46,614 bases of DNA from an uncultured Chitinophagaceae bacterium (GTDB lineage: Bacteria; Bacteroidota; Bacteroidia; NS11-12g; UBA9320): the NCBI GenBank assembly GCA_964647785.1, contig CAZYJD010000008.1:1-46614 (forward strand). The letters are read 5' to 3'. The notes beneath the pieces were generated by a model, which was not told where the DNA came from, did no database searches, and saw nothing but the letters and a program-made list of their open reading frames with translations. Positions within the stretch are counted from its first letter, which is position 1. Every line of letters begins with the position of its first letter. Positions 9,294-20,532 of the stretch are shown here, one piece after another. The position numbers and the translations under genes are program-made.

Positions 9294-9708
9294 TCTTGCC
9301 TACCCTATTGGCATGTCTGCCCCCTTCAAAAGTGGCATTCATGTATGCCCTTACAATTTCCAGGGCTTCCTCAGCGGAGACGAAACGAGCCGGAATACAA
9401 ATGACGTTGGCATTGTTATGCTGACGAGCCAAAGCAGATATTTCGGCATTCCAGCAAAGAGCCGCGCGAATGTTCTGGTGTTTATTCGCAGTCATGCAAA
9501 CTCCATTTCCGCTGCCACAAATTAAAATACCCCATTCAGTTTCGGCTGATTCAATGCTATTGGCCAATGGATGCACATGGTCGGGGTAATCTACTGAATC
9601 GGTTTGATCGGTTCCGAAATTCACCCAATCAATTTCATTTGTAAGGGCATTCATGATGAAGTGCTTCAATTCAGTTCCTGCGTGATCATTTGCGATGGCT
9701 ACTTTCAT
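9280..9708 (-). CDS. rpiB: Ribose-5-phosphate isomerase B.
   Basis: MKVAIANDHAG...GILICGSGNGVCMTANKH are signature RpiB/LacAB motifs. Length 142 aa. Confidence 0.9.
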   Translation of the reverse strand: MKVAIANDHAGTELKHFIMNALTNEIDWVNFGTDQTDSVDYPDHVHPLANSIESAETEWGILICGSGNGVCMTANKHQNIRAALCWNAEISALARQHNNANVICIPARFVSAEEALEIVRAYMNATFEGGRHANRVGKISCQ

Positions 9709-9720
9709 AACTATTCTTTT

Positions 9721-10512
9721 TTAGGGGTTATTGAGGGCTTGTCTTTTTTCTATACGGCGAGTGAGGATGATTCCTGCTTCGTAGAGGAAATAAATCGGAA
9801 TACCTAAAATCACCTGACTTGCGACATCTGGTGGTGTCAATAAAGCAGAAAGCACCAGTATGATGATCACCGCATGTCTTCTGTATTTTCTTAAAAAAGC
9901 AGTACTAACGATCCCCAGCTTGGCAAGAAAATAAATGAACAACGGCAATTGAAAAATAATCCCAGCCGCAAGAGTCAGGGCTGCTACAAAAGAGATGTAT
10001 GATTCGAGGCTTATGATGTTGCTCACTTCTTCTGAAATGGAATAGTTCCCCAGAAAATTTACCGAAACAGGGGTCAAAATGAAATAGCCGAAAAGCACCC
10101 CTGTCATGAATAGCATGCTGCTAGAAAAAACTATGCCCGTGGTGTATTTCCTTTCAGAGGGTTGCAGAGCAGGTCTGATGAACCGCCAAAATTCCCATAG
10201 AACAAATGGAAATGCCAGAATAAATCCAGCGATAATTGACACCATAATGTGCTGAAAAAACTGTCCGGTGATGGTTATGTTTTGAACTGAAAAACTGAGT
10301 TCATTCAAGCAGAGTCGGTCATCGGCATAGAGATAGTTCGAAAGATCGCATAATTTCCGATAGCTCCAGAAGTCAGTGCGTTTTGGCCCAAAAATCAGCA
10401 CATCGAACAATATTCTGGTATTGATAAATGCTAGAAGTGCTGCGATGAAAACCGCTACGACCGAACGAAAGAGGTGTTTTCTAAGCACATCAATGTGCTC
10501 AAGAAAAGACAT
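9721..10512 (-). CDS. tatC: Twin-arginine translocase subunit TatC.
   Basis: N-terminal MSFLEHIDVLRKHL is the canonical TatC start (internal Met; cat at 10510-10512). Six TM helices and the FIRPALQPSERKY motif. The ORF track's 27-codon upstream extension (MCVEECSC...) was rejected. Confidence 0.9.
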   Translation of the reverse strand: MSFLEHIDVLRKHLFRSVVAVFIAALLAFINTRILFDVLIFGPKRTDFWSYRKLCDLSNYLYADDRLCLNELSFSVQNITITGQFFQHIMVSIIAGFILAFPFVLWEFWRFIRPALQPSERKYTTGIVFSSSMLFMTGVLFGYFILTPVSVNFLGNYSISEEVSNIISLESYISFVAALTLAAGIIFQLPLFIYFLAKLGIVSTAFLRKYRRHAVIIILVLSALLTPPDVASQVILGIPIYFLYEAGIILTRRIEKRQALNNP

Positions 10513-10567
10513 GCTATCATTTTCCTGTTCGTCTATATCGACCTGATCCAAGGGCACGGCAGCGTTC

Positions 10568-11320
10568 TTACATGAGCATTCCTCCACACACACTGATTAC
10601 CTGACCGGTAATGTAGGTGGACTGGTCGGAGGCGAGAAAGAGGCAAAGGGAGGCGACGTCCTCTGGTGTTCCTGCTCTTTTAAGAGGAATGTTCTCCACC
10701 CATCCCTCTACCACTTTTTCATCAAGGGCAGCAGTCATTTCGGTGGCAATAAATCCAGGCGTAACAGCATTGCATCGGATATTTCGGGAACCCAATTCTT
10801 TTGCCATGGATTTAGTAAAACCGATGATTCCTGCTTTCGAAGCTGAATAGTTTGCTTGTCCTGCATTGCCATTCACCCCAACCACTGAAGACATGTTAAT
10901 GATGGAACCTGATTTATTTTTGAGGAACGTACGCAAACAAGCTTTGGTGAGATTAAAAACAGATTTCAGGTTTACTTCTATCACTTCATCCCACTGTTCT
11001 TCAGACATCCTCATGAGAAGATTATCACGGGTAATTCCTGCATTATTGATGAGAACATCGATGGTGCCAAAATCATTTAGAATGGCCTGAACCAAATGTT
11101 CTGACTGTTCGAAGCTTGAAGCATCACTCTGGTACCCCTTGATTTCCGTTTGGTACTTGGATTGAATTTCTGATTCGAACTGTCGTGCTTTTTCAATAGA
11201 GCTTGCAAAGGTGAATGCAATCTTACACCCCTCGGATGCAAAGAGTTCTGCAATGCCTTTTCCAATGCCTCTTGAAGCTCCTGTAATGAGGGCTACTTTT
11301 CCTTCTAATGATTTTGCCAT
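10568..11320 (-). CDS. fabG: 3-oxoacyl-[ACP] reductase-like short-chain dehydrogenase/reductase.
   Basis: GKVALITGASRGIGKGIA Rossmann motif, NNAG, and catalytic S...YSASKAG (YxxxK). The start MAKSLEGKVAL at 11320 is preferred over 11341. A FabG assignment versus another SDR cannot be proven from sequence alone. Confidence 0.75.
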   Translation of the reverse strand: MAKSLEGKVALITGASRGIGKGIAELFASEGCKIAFTFASSIEKARQFESEIQSKYQTEIKGYQSDASSFEQSEHLVQAILNDFGTIDVLINNAGITRDNLLMRMSEEQWDEVIEVNLKSVFNLTKACLRTFLKNKSGSIINMSSVVGVNGNAGQANYSASKAGIIGFTKSMAKELGSRNIRCNAVTPGFIATEMTAALDEKVVEGWVENIPLKRAGTPEDVASLCLFLASDQSTYITGQVISVCGGMLM

Positions 11321-11347
11321 ATGCGCCGTGATCAGGGGCAAAAATAC

Positions 11348-11380
11348 TCAAAAAAAAACCCCGGAAGAGCTTCCGGGGTT
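11348..11380 (-). terminator. Strong intrinsic terminator for the 11401..11943 lipoprotein gene.
   Basis: Perfect 10-bp GC-rich stem aaccccggaa(11357-11366)/ttccggggtt(11371-11380) with a 4-nt loop. On the minus strand it is followed by T9, the complement of A-run 11348-11356. Confidence 0.75.
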
Positions 11381-11400
11381 ACAATGAGATGCTGGTTAAA

Positions 11401-11943
11401 TTATAAATCTTCGATTCTTTTTATTTCGAAAGTTCCATCAGTAACCGTGCCTGAGGCCAATGAGGTTGCTTGCAATTCGCCACCGAAAGTTCCGATGCAT
11501 TTGGCACCGATCTCCCCAAAGGTGGTTACATCAATTGAAATCTCTTCGCGGGGTTTTGGGGCATACTGTGTTTTACGAACACCCTCTCCTACGTTCAACT
11601 CAATATTAGCAGCGCCATTGGCAATTGAATAAGAACCGCTTGAATTTCCGGTGAAAGACATTTCAAGTTCAATGTACTCGCTTTTTTCTTTGGTGCGACC
11701 TTTCAAGATGAAAGTAGTTCTGTTGTCTACAGTCGAGAATTGTGCGTAGCTGGCATTCGTATCCAAAACAACACTTTTCATTTCGCCATTTAATTTAAAC
11801 ACGACTTCAGGTGTTTGAACGTTCGTGTTATTGTCGGTGGTGTCAGCAGGAATCGGTTCGGGATCATCTCCGCAACCAGTACTTACCACGAGGGTAGAGG
11901 CGAAAAATAACGCCAGGGTTGAAAGTAAGAGTAATTTTTTCAT
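11401..11943 (-). CDS. Small beta-rich lipoprotein of unknown function.
   Basis: Signal and lipobox MKKLLLLSTLALFFASTLVVSTGC. No recognisable motifs. Followed by a strong terminator. Confidence 0.6.
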   Translation of the reverse strand: MKKLLLLSTLALFFASTLVVSTGCGDDPEPIPADTTDNNTNVQTPEVVFKLNGEMKSVVLDTNASYAQFSTVDNRTTFILKGRTKEKSEYIELEMSFTGNSSGSYSIANGAANIELNVGEGVRKTQYAPKPREEISIDVTTFGEIGAKCIGTFGGELQATSLASGTVTDGTFEIKRIEDL

Positions 11944-12020
11944 ATCCGTTTTTTGTTTTGCAATTATACAATTCTAATACAAACCCGCTTCATTTTGGTT
12001 GAATCTAAGTCTTTTTACTT

Positions 12021-12707
12021 TCAAATTCCATGCAGGTCTGAGACCCATATTCGCTCCTGATCATATCTAATCAAGGCCGCATCTCCTCCAAGGAGTTCAT
12101 TTTGACCATTGATATGAATGATGGCTGTTCCTTCTTTTAGGCCAATTACAGGCATAGCCGGATGAGCAAGGGTAAATTCTGTTATTCTTTGCAGGCGGGT
12201 TTCGCCTTTGTGGTGCGGCAAACTTTCTTCAGTGTAGTGCGGATTGATCTGATAAGGAAAAAGTCCCAACGCTTCAAAAGAAACGGGCTGCACAATGGGC
12301 ATATCATTGGTGGTATAAATGAATGGACAGGCCACATTTGATCCGGCACTCCAACCAACAAAAGGCAGTCCATTGATCACCGCTTCTTTGATTTTATGCA
12401 TCCAATTTCTTTCCTGCATTTCTTTTAGCAACTGGAAAGTATTTCCTCCTCCCACCGCAATGGCATCAAAACTGTTCAAGTCGGTTTCAGCCGGGTTTAA
12501 GTTTTGGATACCCACCAATTCTAGCCCCATCGGTTCAAAAACCTCAGATACCTTGGTGCAGTAATCCTCCCAGGAAATACTTACGCCTGCAAAGGGCACA
12601 AACAGAACGCGTCCTTTTGCTGCATCAATAAATCCATTGAGCCAGGGCAAGGCATGTGATAAAAAGCCCTGAGAGGTGGTAGAATTACTTAGGAGCAGTA
12701 GCTTCAT
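12021..12707 (-). CDS. pepE: Peptidase E (S51 family alpha-aspartyl dipeptidase).
   Basis: MKLLLLSNSTT...FVPFAG...IAVGGGNTFQLL...GWSAGSNV (catalytic Ser region) follow the PepE pattern. Confidence 0.8.
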   Translation of the reverse strand: MKLLLLSNSTTSQGFLSHALPWLNGFIDAAKGRVLFVPFAGVSISWEDYCTKVSEVFEPMGLELVGIQNLNPAETDLNSFDAIAVGGGNTFQLLKEMQERNWMHKIKEAVINGLPFVGWSAGSNVACPFIYTTNDMPIVQPVSFEALGLFPYQINPHYTEESLPHHKGETRLQRITEFTLAHPAMPVIGLKEGTAIIHINGQNELLGGDAALIRYDQERIWVSDLHGI

Positions 12708-13404
12708 CGCTGTTCTTGATGATATCGAGCAGCTCTACTTCAAAGATTAAAACTGCATTTGGTGGGATGCTTCCATCTCTTGTTCCACTTTCACCATAGG
12801 CCAGTTGAGGTGGAATGAAAAGTTCCCATTTCGACCCCACGGGCATTTTAGTGATTGCCTCTTTCCACCCAGGGATCATCTCACCCAAAACAAATTTGAG
12901 GGGTTCACCTCTTTCAACTGAGCTGTCAAATACTTTTCCGTCGATGAGCATTCCCGTATAATGGGCCAATATTTGATCTTCTTCAGTAGGAATGGGGCCA
13001 TCACCTTGTCTGAGGATGCGGTATTGGGTGCCGCTTTCAAGTGAAACCACGCCTTCCTTGCTTTTATTTGTTTCCAGCCATTGCTTAGCCTTTTCCAAGT
13101 TGGCATTTGCTTCTTCGTTAAAACGATTCATAAAATACTCCTGCATCAAGGTCATTGAAACTTCTTTGGAGATGGCCAAATTTGAATCGTTGGTAAGCAT
13201 GTCTTCAATCCCCTTCCGCAAGGCATCGTAGTTCAGGTCTCCTGCCTTATTTTGTTTGAGGTTTTGGCCCACATTCAATCCAATGGCATAGCTCACACTG
13301 TCCACAGTGTTTTCGAGCGAGCCCAGTTCATTCATTTTTTGGCTGCATGAGGTGGCCATCATCCCAATGGCAGCAGCTACGATAGATAGTGTATAGGTTT
13401 TCAT
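12685..13404 (-). CDS. FKBP-type peptidyl-prolyl cis-trans isomerase lipoprotein (FkpA-like).
   Basis: Lipoprotein signal MKTYTLSIVAAAIGMMATSC. FKBP_N-like helix region, then FKBP core YTGMLIDGKVFDSS...GEMIPGWKEA...IPPQLAYG. Confidence 0.85.
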   Translation of the reverse strand: MKTYTLSIVAAAIGMMATSCSQKMNELGSLENTVDSVSYAIGLNVGQNLKQNKAGDLNYDALRKGIEDMLTNDSNLAISKEVSMTLMQEYFMNRFNEEANANLEKAKQWLETNKSKEGVVSLESGTQYRILRQGDGPIPTEEDQILAHYTGMLIDGKVFDSSVERGEPLKFVLGEMIPGWKEAITKMPVGSKWELFIPPQLAYGESGTRDGSIPPNAVLIFEVELLDIIKNSDEATAPK

Positions 13405-13408
13405 TTAA

Positions 13409-14251
13409 TTATTTGTCGCTTAAAATGAGTGGCAATCCGTCATTATCTCCCAAAACAACGATTTTGGAGTTAGGTGATTCTGATAGCCGAAGGGTTGCCT
13501 CGATGCCTTTTTCTTTGAGAATAAGGGGATTAAGACTGGCACTTAAAATGCGGTTGGCATTGGCCTTTCCTTCAGCTTCAATTCTTTGACGTTCTGCTTC
13601 TTTCTGAGCAATGGCCAGCTTGAATTCGTATTTCTGGTTTTCCTGCTCCTGTTTCAATTTATCTTCAATTGCCGTTTTGATTCGATCAGGCAAAACGATT
13701 GAACGGATGAGTACCTGTTCAATGGTGACATGCTTATTGGTGAGTAATTTTTCCATTTCTGAAAAGATTTCACCTTGGATGCCCTCTCGTTTGGTGCTGT
13801 ATATCTCCAAGGGCGTGTATCTACCAATCACACTTCTGGAAGCAGAACGCAAAGATGGAATAACTACTTTGTCGAGGTAGTTCGGTCCAATTTGATCATG
13901 CAGGTAACCCACTTCATCTGTAAGAGGCCGATACCAGATGGATACATCTGTATTGATTTGAAGACCATCAGAAGAAAGAACGTTCATGGCCTCATTGATT
14001 TCCTGTTGTCTCACATCGTAAATAACCATGCGATTCCAAGGGGCAATGAAATGAAAACCTTCTTTGTAAACCTTTTCTTTGTTAAGCCCTCCTGCAAACT
14101 TCCGGAACAACACTCCCCGTTCTCCCGGCTGGAGCGTGATGGTGATATTGCTCCAAAATATGATGAGAAATATGACCCCCACCACTACAAAAACGATGGG
14201 CAATACTTTTTTGGGATCGGGGCGATCAGTACGGGTGTTATAACTGGACAT
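13409..14251 (-). CDS. SPFH/band-7 (prohibitin/HflC-like) membrane-anchored protein.
   Basis: N-terminal TM (LPIVFVVVGVIFLIIFW), then an SPFH domain pattern and a C-terminal coiled-coil (KLKQEQENQKYEFKLAIAQKEAERQRIEAEGKA). Confidence 0.85.
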   Translation of the reverse strand: MSSYNTRTDRPDPKKVLPIVFVVVGVIFLIIFWSNITITLQPGERGVLFRKFAGGLNKEKVYKEGFHFIAPWNRMVIYDVRQQEINEAMNVLSSDGLQINTDVSIWYRPLTDEVGYLHDQIGPNYLDKVVIPSLRSASRSVIGRYTPLEIYSTKREGIQGEIFSEMEKLLTNKHVTIEQVLIRSIVLPDRIKTAIEDKLKQEQENQKYEFKLAIAQKEAERQRIEAEGKANANRILSASLNPLILKEKGIEATLRLSESPNSKIVVLGDNDGLPLILSDK

Positions 14252-14253
14252 AA

Positions 14254-15858
<1,605 letters not shown>

Positions 15859-15911
15859 CTAAAAATGGGCTGCAATATTAGTGTATTTAAGGGAGAAAGG
15901 CGACCGGTACT

Positions 15912-16565
15912 TCAGGGAGAAAGACGTGATATTTGCCAAGCTGCACTTGGTTGATCTCTTTGAAAGCGAATTCTGTCATGCAATCGATTAGGGCGCCCTT
16001 GCCAAAATTCTATGGTCGAAGGAATGACGGCATAACCTCCCCACCAGCTTGGTCGCGGCACCTCTGTATCAGCGTATTTTGCTTCGAGTTCAGCAAGTCG
16101 TTTATCGAGTAATTCACGGTTATCAATGGGTTGACTTTGTTCAGAGACCCAGGCACCAATTTTACTGCCTTTGGGTCTCGAATTAAAATATGCATCCGAC
16201 TCTTCTGCAGATACTTTCTTTACAACACCTTCAATACGCACCTGACGTTCCAGATCCAACCAATTAAAATTCAAGGCAACTGCCGGGTTTTTCTCCATTT
16301 CCTGTCCTTTGGCTGAATTATAATTGGTATAGAAAATGAAATTTTCATTTTCCAGGCCTTTTAAGAGTACCACTCTGCTTTTGGGAAATGAATCAAGACC
16401 AATGGTTGACAGAACCATCGCGTTGGGTTCTTCTATTTCAGATTTTAGCGCTTCTTCAAACCAATAGCTAAAAAATGCAAATGGATCTTTACCCACGGAC
16501 TCCAAGTCAAGTTTTTCTTTGCTGTAGTTCTTTCTTAGTTGATGAATGTGCTTTAAATCGGTCAT
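15912..16565 (-). CDS. pdxH: Pyridoxamine 5'-phosphate oxidase.
   Basis: LRKNY...DPFAFFSYWFEEA...MVLSTI...PKSRVVLLKG...EFWQGRPNRLHDRIRF follow the PdxH pattern. Length 217 aa. Confidence 0.9.
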   Translation of the reverse strand: MTDLKHIHQLRKNYSKEKLDLESVGKDPFAFFSYWFEEALKSEIEEPNAMVLSTIGLDSFPKSRVVLLKGLENENFIFYTNYNSAKGQEMEKNPAVALNFNWLDLERQVRIEGVVKKVSAEESDAYFNSRPKGSKIGAWVSEQSQPIDNRELLDKRLAELEAKYADTEVPRPSWWGGYAVIPSTIEFWQGRPNRLHDRIRFQRDQPSAAWQISRLSP

Positions 16566-16602
16566 TGGTACAAAAATACATTCACAAAAGAGGAATGCTA
16601 AT

Positions 16603-18764
16603 ACAACAAAAAAGGGAGACCCATGGCCTCCCTTTTCTGATGTGTATGATTTGGTGTATTATTTCGTCACATTGATCTTCCAGCTGCTCCAGCCGCTTTC
16701 TGTTTGCGCCTGTACCAGATAGATACCGCTGCTCAACGCACCCATATCTACTTTCCAGCTACTACCGGTCATTTGTTCGATTACTGCATTCACCTGACGT
16801 CCACTCAAATCGGTGATCTTCAAGCCGGACAATTCGCCCTTGCCTTCTTTCACGTTTACTGTAAACACCCCGTTATTCGGGTTCGGGTAAATATTCAGCA
16901 GATCACTTCTGTTGATGTCGTTCACTCCGGCGATTGCATCTTCGATGTCAATGCTGCCCAGTGAATCCAAACATCCACATCCGTCGGTGGTGTTGATCAA
17001 CAGCTTTACGCGATAGGTGGTGGGTTCGGTGAACACTACCGTAGGCTCTACTTCACGATAAACACCCTGTCCTTCAATCAACCAGGTGTAGGCATCTGAT
17101 CCGTAGCTCTTGTTGGCCGGACTGAACACCCATTCTCTTCCCCAGTTATCTCCTGTGGATGTTTGGGTGTAAGCACAACTTGGGGTTTCGTTGATGGTGA
17201 TGGTTGAACGCGCTGTGTCGCTACATCCGCCTTCAATGCTCGCTACCAATTCTACATTGTAAGTGGTGCTCGTACTTGGGCTATAAACTTTCTTCGGTGA
17301 GTTCTCACTTGAGCTCGTTCCGTCGCCAAAGTTCCAGTTGTAGCTAATGATACCTCCACTGCTGGTGGTTTGGTTTCCGAAGTCTACTATTTCTCCTGAG
17401 CATGCGCCGGCTGCATCAAATGATGCAATTGGCTGAAGTTTTACATCTACCATTTTGCTCACCGTGCTCTGGCAATTGTTGCTCGCATCTACTGTGAGGG
17501 TTACCATGCGCTCACCCAGACCGCTGTACTTATGCTCAGGGTTTTTCTGATCTGAGCTGTTGCCATCGCCAAAGTCCCAGCTGTATACATACAGCAATCC
17601 GCTTGGCTCGGTGGTGGTGTTTGTGAACTGCGTTGGATCTACGTTACATACCTGACCGAAGCTGAAGTCTGCTACTGGACCTGGTGCTATATTTACTGTC
17701 TTGGTGATGCTATCCTGGCAGTTGAACTGGCTAATGGCTACCATCTTAACGCTCTTGGCGCCGCTGGTGGTAAAGGTATAAGCAGGGTTGTTTATGGTTT
17801 CATACTCGCCTGGTTCAAAGGTCCACTTCACCCCCACAAAATCGGTGGTGCTGATCGTGCTATTGTTATTGAACTGGATGGCGGCTCCCTGGCACTGTCC
17901 CTCGAATTCAAATTCAGCTACCGGCTTGGCAAACTGATTTGCATTCTTTGTCAACGTGCTTACACAACCATTGGCTGTTGCGCGAAGGGTTACGCGATAT
18001 CCACCTGGTGTATTGTACTCATGCTCCGGATCTTCCATCGTGCTGGTATTTCCATCACCGAAGTCCCAGCTATAGGTAATCGGTGAGTTGCCTACGATCG
18101 TGGTTTGGTTATCGAACTTAATCTTGGTGCCTTCACAGGCGTTCAACACCTTGAATGAGATATTCGGAATGTGGTTCACTTCTACCGTTACGGTCGTGTC
18201 ATCGCTGAAGCCCAATTCGGTGGTTACCGTCAGTTTTACCGTAAAGGTTCCTGCATTCTTGAACAAATGAACTGGATCGGTAAAGTCGCTGGTTTCTCCA
18301 TCACCGAAATCCCACATATAGGTCATGAATCCTTTCAATACACTTGAGGTGTTGGTAAACTCAGTTACATCGCCCAAGCATACACGGGTTACTTCAAAGT
18401 TCGCCGTTGGGATTGGGGCAATGTAGATATAACGTGTAATGAAGGTGTCGCAGCCATTGGCCAGGTTACGAATGCCGATGGTGGCCATGATGGTGCTATC
18501 TTCCCATCCTACACTCGGTGAATAGGTCAATGTTCCATTGTCTGTTGAGGTTGGATTGGTCGTGCTCAGGTCGCCCGTGGGTATTGGGGTGCCATTTACA
18601 CTGCTGAAATCAATACTGCTGATGGTCCAAGTGGTGCCGAAGCTCGAGTTTGGATTGTTTACCGGTGGCTTCAACTCATAGGTGATGCTGCGGCCTTCCG
18701 TGGTCAAATCCGGATCGTTCTTAGATCCGCGCTTGAAGTAACCGTCGAAGTTGTTGCCTTCAAT
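16603..18764. repeat. Direct repeat copy A (2,162 bp, 100% identical to 20533..22694).
   Basis: Spot-checked at about 12 positions along the tract, all with a constant +3930 offset. Antisense ORFs 16704..16964 and 18088..18270 are duplicated at exactly +3930. Identity ends at 16602/20532 (t vs a) and at 18765/22695. Confidence 0.95.
16606..16632 (-). terminator. Candidate intrinsic terminator 3' of T9SS paralogue 1 (lies inside the duplicated tract).
   Basis: Minus-strand read GGGAGGCCATGGGTCTCCC + TTTTTTGTTGT. The stem is GGGAG/CTCCC (5 bp), followed by T6. Rated modest because of the short stem and 9-nt loop. Confidence 0.4.
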
Positions 18765-20405
18765 AATTTCAGCTTCTTGAAGTAATTCCTTCACCTCTGC
18801 TTCCATGCCAACGCGGCCGGGAGAGTTACAGGTGTAGGTGTATTTCACTCCAACATCTAAAGAATAGGTAGTGTAGGCACCGATGCTAGCAAACATACCA
18901 TTGCAAACAGTTCCTCCTGATATACCTAAGAACTGGTCTTTGGTATTTCTAGTACCGGCATTGAGAATTACATTGTTTGAAAGTGATCCATTTGGAACCA
19001 CCGTAAAGTAAATACTGTAAGTTTTATTTGGTGAAAGCACATAACCATTGAGGTCAATATCCATAACATAAGGACGATTATTATTGGTTGCAACCACATT
19101 ACCTGTACCTTCTGATAGTTTGGTCCAGTCGACAGGATTGGTGGTGAAGAAACCTTCTTTGATGTACAATTCGTAGGGAACATCATTGTTGAAATCCATT
19201 ACAAATTGCAAGGTATCAAGGCTGATCGCAGAGGGTCCTACATCAAATTGAAGGAAACCACCTTCTTCATCTGCTTGATTGGAGACTCTTATCGCAGTTC
19301 CGGTACTCAGTCCATTGGTCAAGTAACTTCTTTCTGCGATACGTATGGCCTCAGCATAGAATGAATCTGTTTCGTAAAGGAATGGACTCTTGGTATTGCT
19401 TCCACGCGCCACAATATTCCCTCCAACCGGAGCATCGTACCAAAAAACATCATCCCGGCTATCAGATGTGGTGGCCTTCAAGTCAACCGTTCCAATACCA
19501 CATCGCTCTGCATCCGCCGGAATAGGATTGCCAGGAACCCCTAAGAAATAAATTGATTTACTTAGGGTATCATCAACATTAATTGTATCTCGAATGCCAT
19601 TAGGCATGGCACTCCAAATCTTAAAGTTGTAGTTGGTGTAAGCACTGAATGTGGTGTTGGTTTCCAAACGAACATCTACAAATGCTCCTGTTCGAAGGGT
19701 GTCTGCCAATCGGTAGTTGCTGCCACTATTCCATTTAACCATTTTAGGTGTCCCGCCATTGATGCTGTAATAAATATCAGCGCTGTCAAGTCGCTTTGTA
19801 CCGCTATTGGAAAGTCTGGCAACAATATCAGAGGGTGTTTCACAGCCAAAGGATGGCTTCACCAAGGCAGAAATTGCCGAGTTCACAGGAGCCGGCAATT
19901 CAAAAATGTCTATTTCCCTGTAGTTCAGATTGCTCTGCTGCCCGGTACCAGGACGCATATCGGTGAGCCTAAGTCGGCTGGTGGTTACCGGAGTAAAGTT
20001 CAAGGTATTTACACAATTGGATTGAGAAAGTGTGAATCTTGCTATATCCCGATAAGTAGATCCATCCCAATATTGCAACTTACATCCGGCAAGAAAACGG
20101 CTGGTGGTTTGGGCGTGATAAATTACCATCTTGTTAATGGTGTGGCTTCTAGACCATACCCATTGGATATAGTCTGTTGATGCCGGAGGATTAGCACTCC
20201 ACACAAAAGCCTGCTGGGTGCCGCAAGTGCCATAATCCTTATCATTAATTCGATTCAAATTCCAGCAACCCAGCGCGGAGGTGGTTTGACAGGTTACGGT
20301 TGCATCGGGTGCAATGTTCTTTTGTTGAGCAAACAATTGTGGACCTCCAAGGATCAGGATTAGCCCAAAAAGCTTGTAGAAATGTGTTAGTAGAACTTTT
20401 TTCAT
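16659..20405 (-). CDS. T9SS-secreted large surface protein, paralogue 1: N-terminal discoidin-like domain, five PKD repeats, C-terminal T9SS sorting domain.
   Basis: 1248 aa. Signal peptide MKKVLLTHFYKLFGLILILGGPQLFAQQ. PKD signatures WDFGDGETS, WDFGDGNTS, WTFEPGEYE, WDFGDGNSS, WNFGDGTSS. The C-terminal LNIYPNPNNGVFTVNV...GIYLVQAQTESGWSSWKINVTK is a type-A T9SS C-terminal domain. Confidence 0.85.
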   Translation of the reverse strand: MKKVLLTHFYKLFGLILILGGPQLFAQQKNIAPDATVTCQTTSALGCWNLNRINDKDYGTCGTQQAFVWSANPPASTDYIQWVWSRSHTINKMVIYHAQTTSRFLAGCKLQYWDGSTYRDIARFTLSQSNCVNTLNFTPVTTSRLRLTDMRPGTGQQSNLNYREIDIFELPAPVNSAISALVKPSFGCETPSDIVARLSNSGTKRLDSADIYYSINGGTPKMVKWNSGSNYRLADTLRTGAFVDVRLETNTTFSAYTNYNFKIWSAMPNGIRDTINVDDTLSKSIYFLGVPGNPIPADAERCGIGTVDLKATTSDSRDDVFWYDAPVGGNIVARGSNTKSPFLYETDSFYAEAIRIAERSYLTNGLSTGTAIRVSNQADEEGGFLQFDVGPSAISLDTLQFVMDFNNDVPYELYIKEGFFTTNPVDWTKLSEGTGNVVATNNNRPYVMDIDLNGYVLSPNKTYSIYFTVVPNGSLSNNVILNAGTRNTKDQFLGISGGTVCNGMFASIGAYTTYSLDVGVKYTYTCNSPGRVGMEAEVKELLQEAEIIEGNNFDGYFKRGSKNDPDLTTEGRSITYELKPPVNNPNSSFGTTWTISSIDFSSVNGTPIPTGDLSTTNPTSTDNGTLTYSPSVGWEDSTIMATIGIRNLANGCDTFITRYIYIAPIPTANFEVTRVCLGDVTEFTNTSSVLKGFMTYMWDFGDGETSDFTDPVHLFKNAGTFTVKLTVTTELGFSDDTTVTVEVNHIPNISFKVLNACEGTKIKFDNQTTIVGNSPITYSWDFGDGNTSTMEDPEHEYNTPGGYRVTLRATANGCVSTLTKNANQFAKPVAEFEFEGQCQGAAIQFNNNSTISTTDFVGVKWTFEPGEYETINNPAYTFTTSGAKSVKMVAISQFNCQDSITKTVNIAPGPVADFSFGQVCNVDPTQFTNTTTEPSGLLYVYSWDFGDGNSSDQKNPEHKYSGLGERMVTLTVDASNNCQSTVSKMVDVKLQPIASFDAAGACSGEIVDFGNQTTSSGGIISYNWNFGDGTSSSENSPKKVYSPSTSTTYNVELVASIEGGCSDTARSTITINETPSCAYTQTSTGDNWGREWVFSPANKSYGSDAYTWLIEGQGVYREVEPTVVFTEPTTYRVKLLINTTDGCGCLDSLGSIDIEDAIAGVNDINRSDLLNIYPNPNNGVFTVNVKEGKGELSGLKITDLSGRQVNAVIEQMTGSSWKVDMGALSSGIYLVQAQTESGWSSWKINVTK

Positions 20406-20532
20406 ATAGATAATATTTGTATTTGCCGAAACTAATAAAGATGTTATCTATGAAGAAATAGTTTTACTACCAATATTTCCACAGCCTTGAAATGGTGGTC
20501 ATGGTACTCTGAAAATGATGTTCAAATGACAA

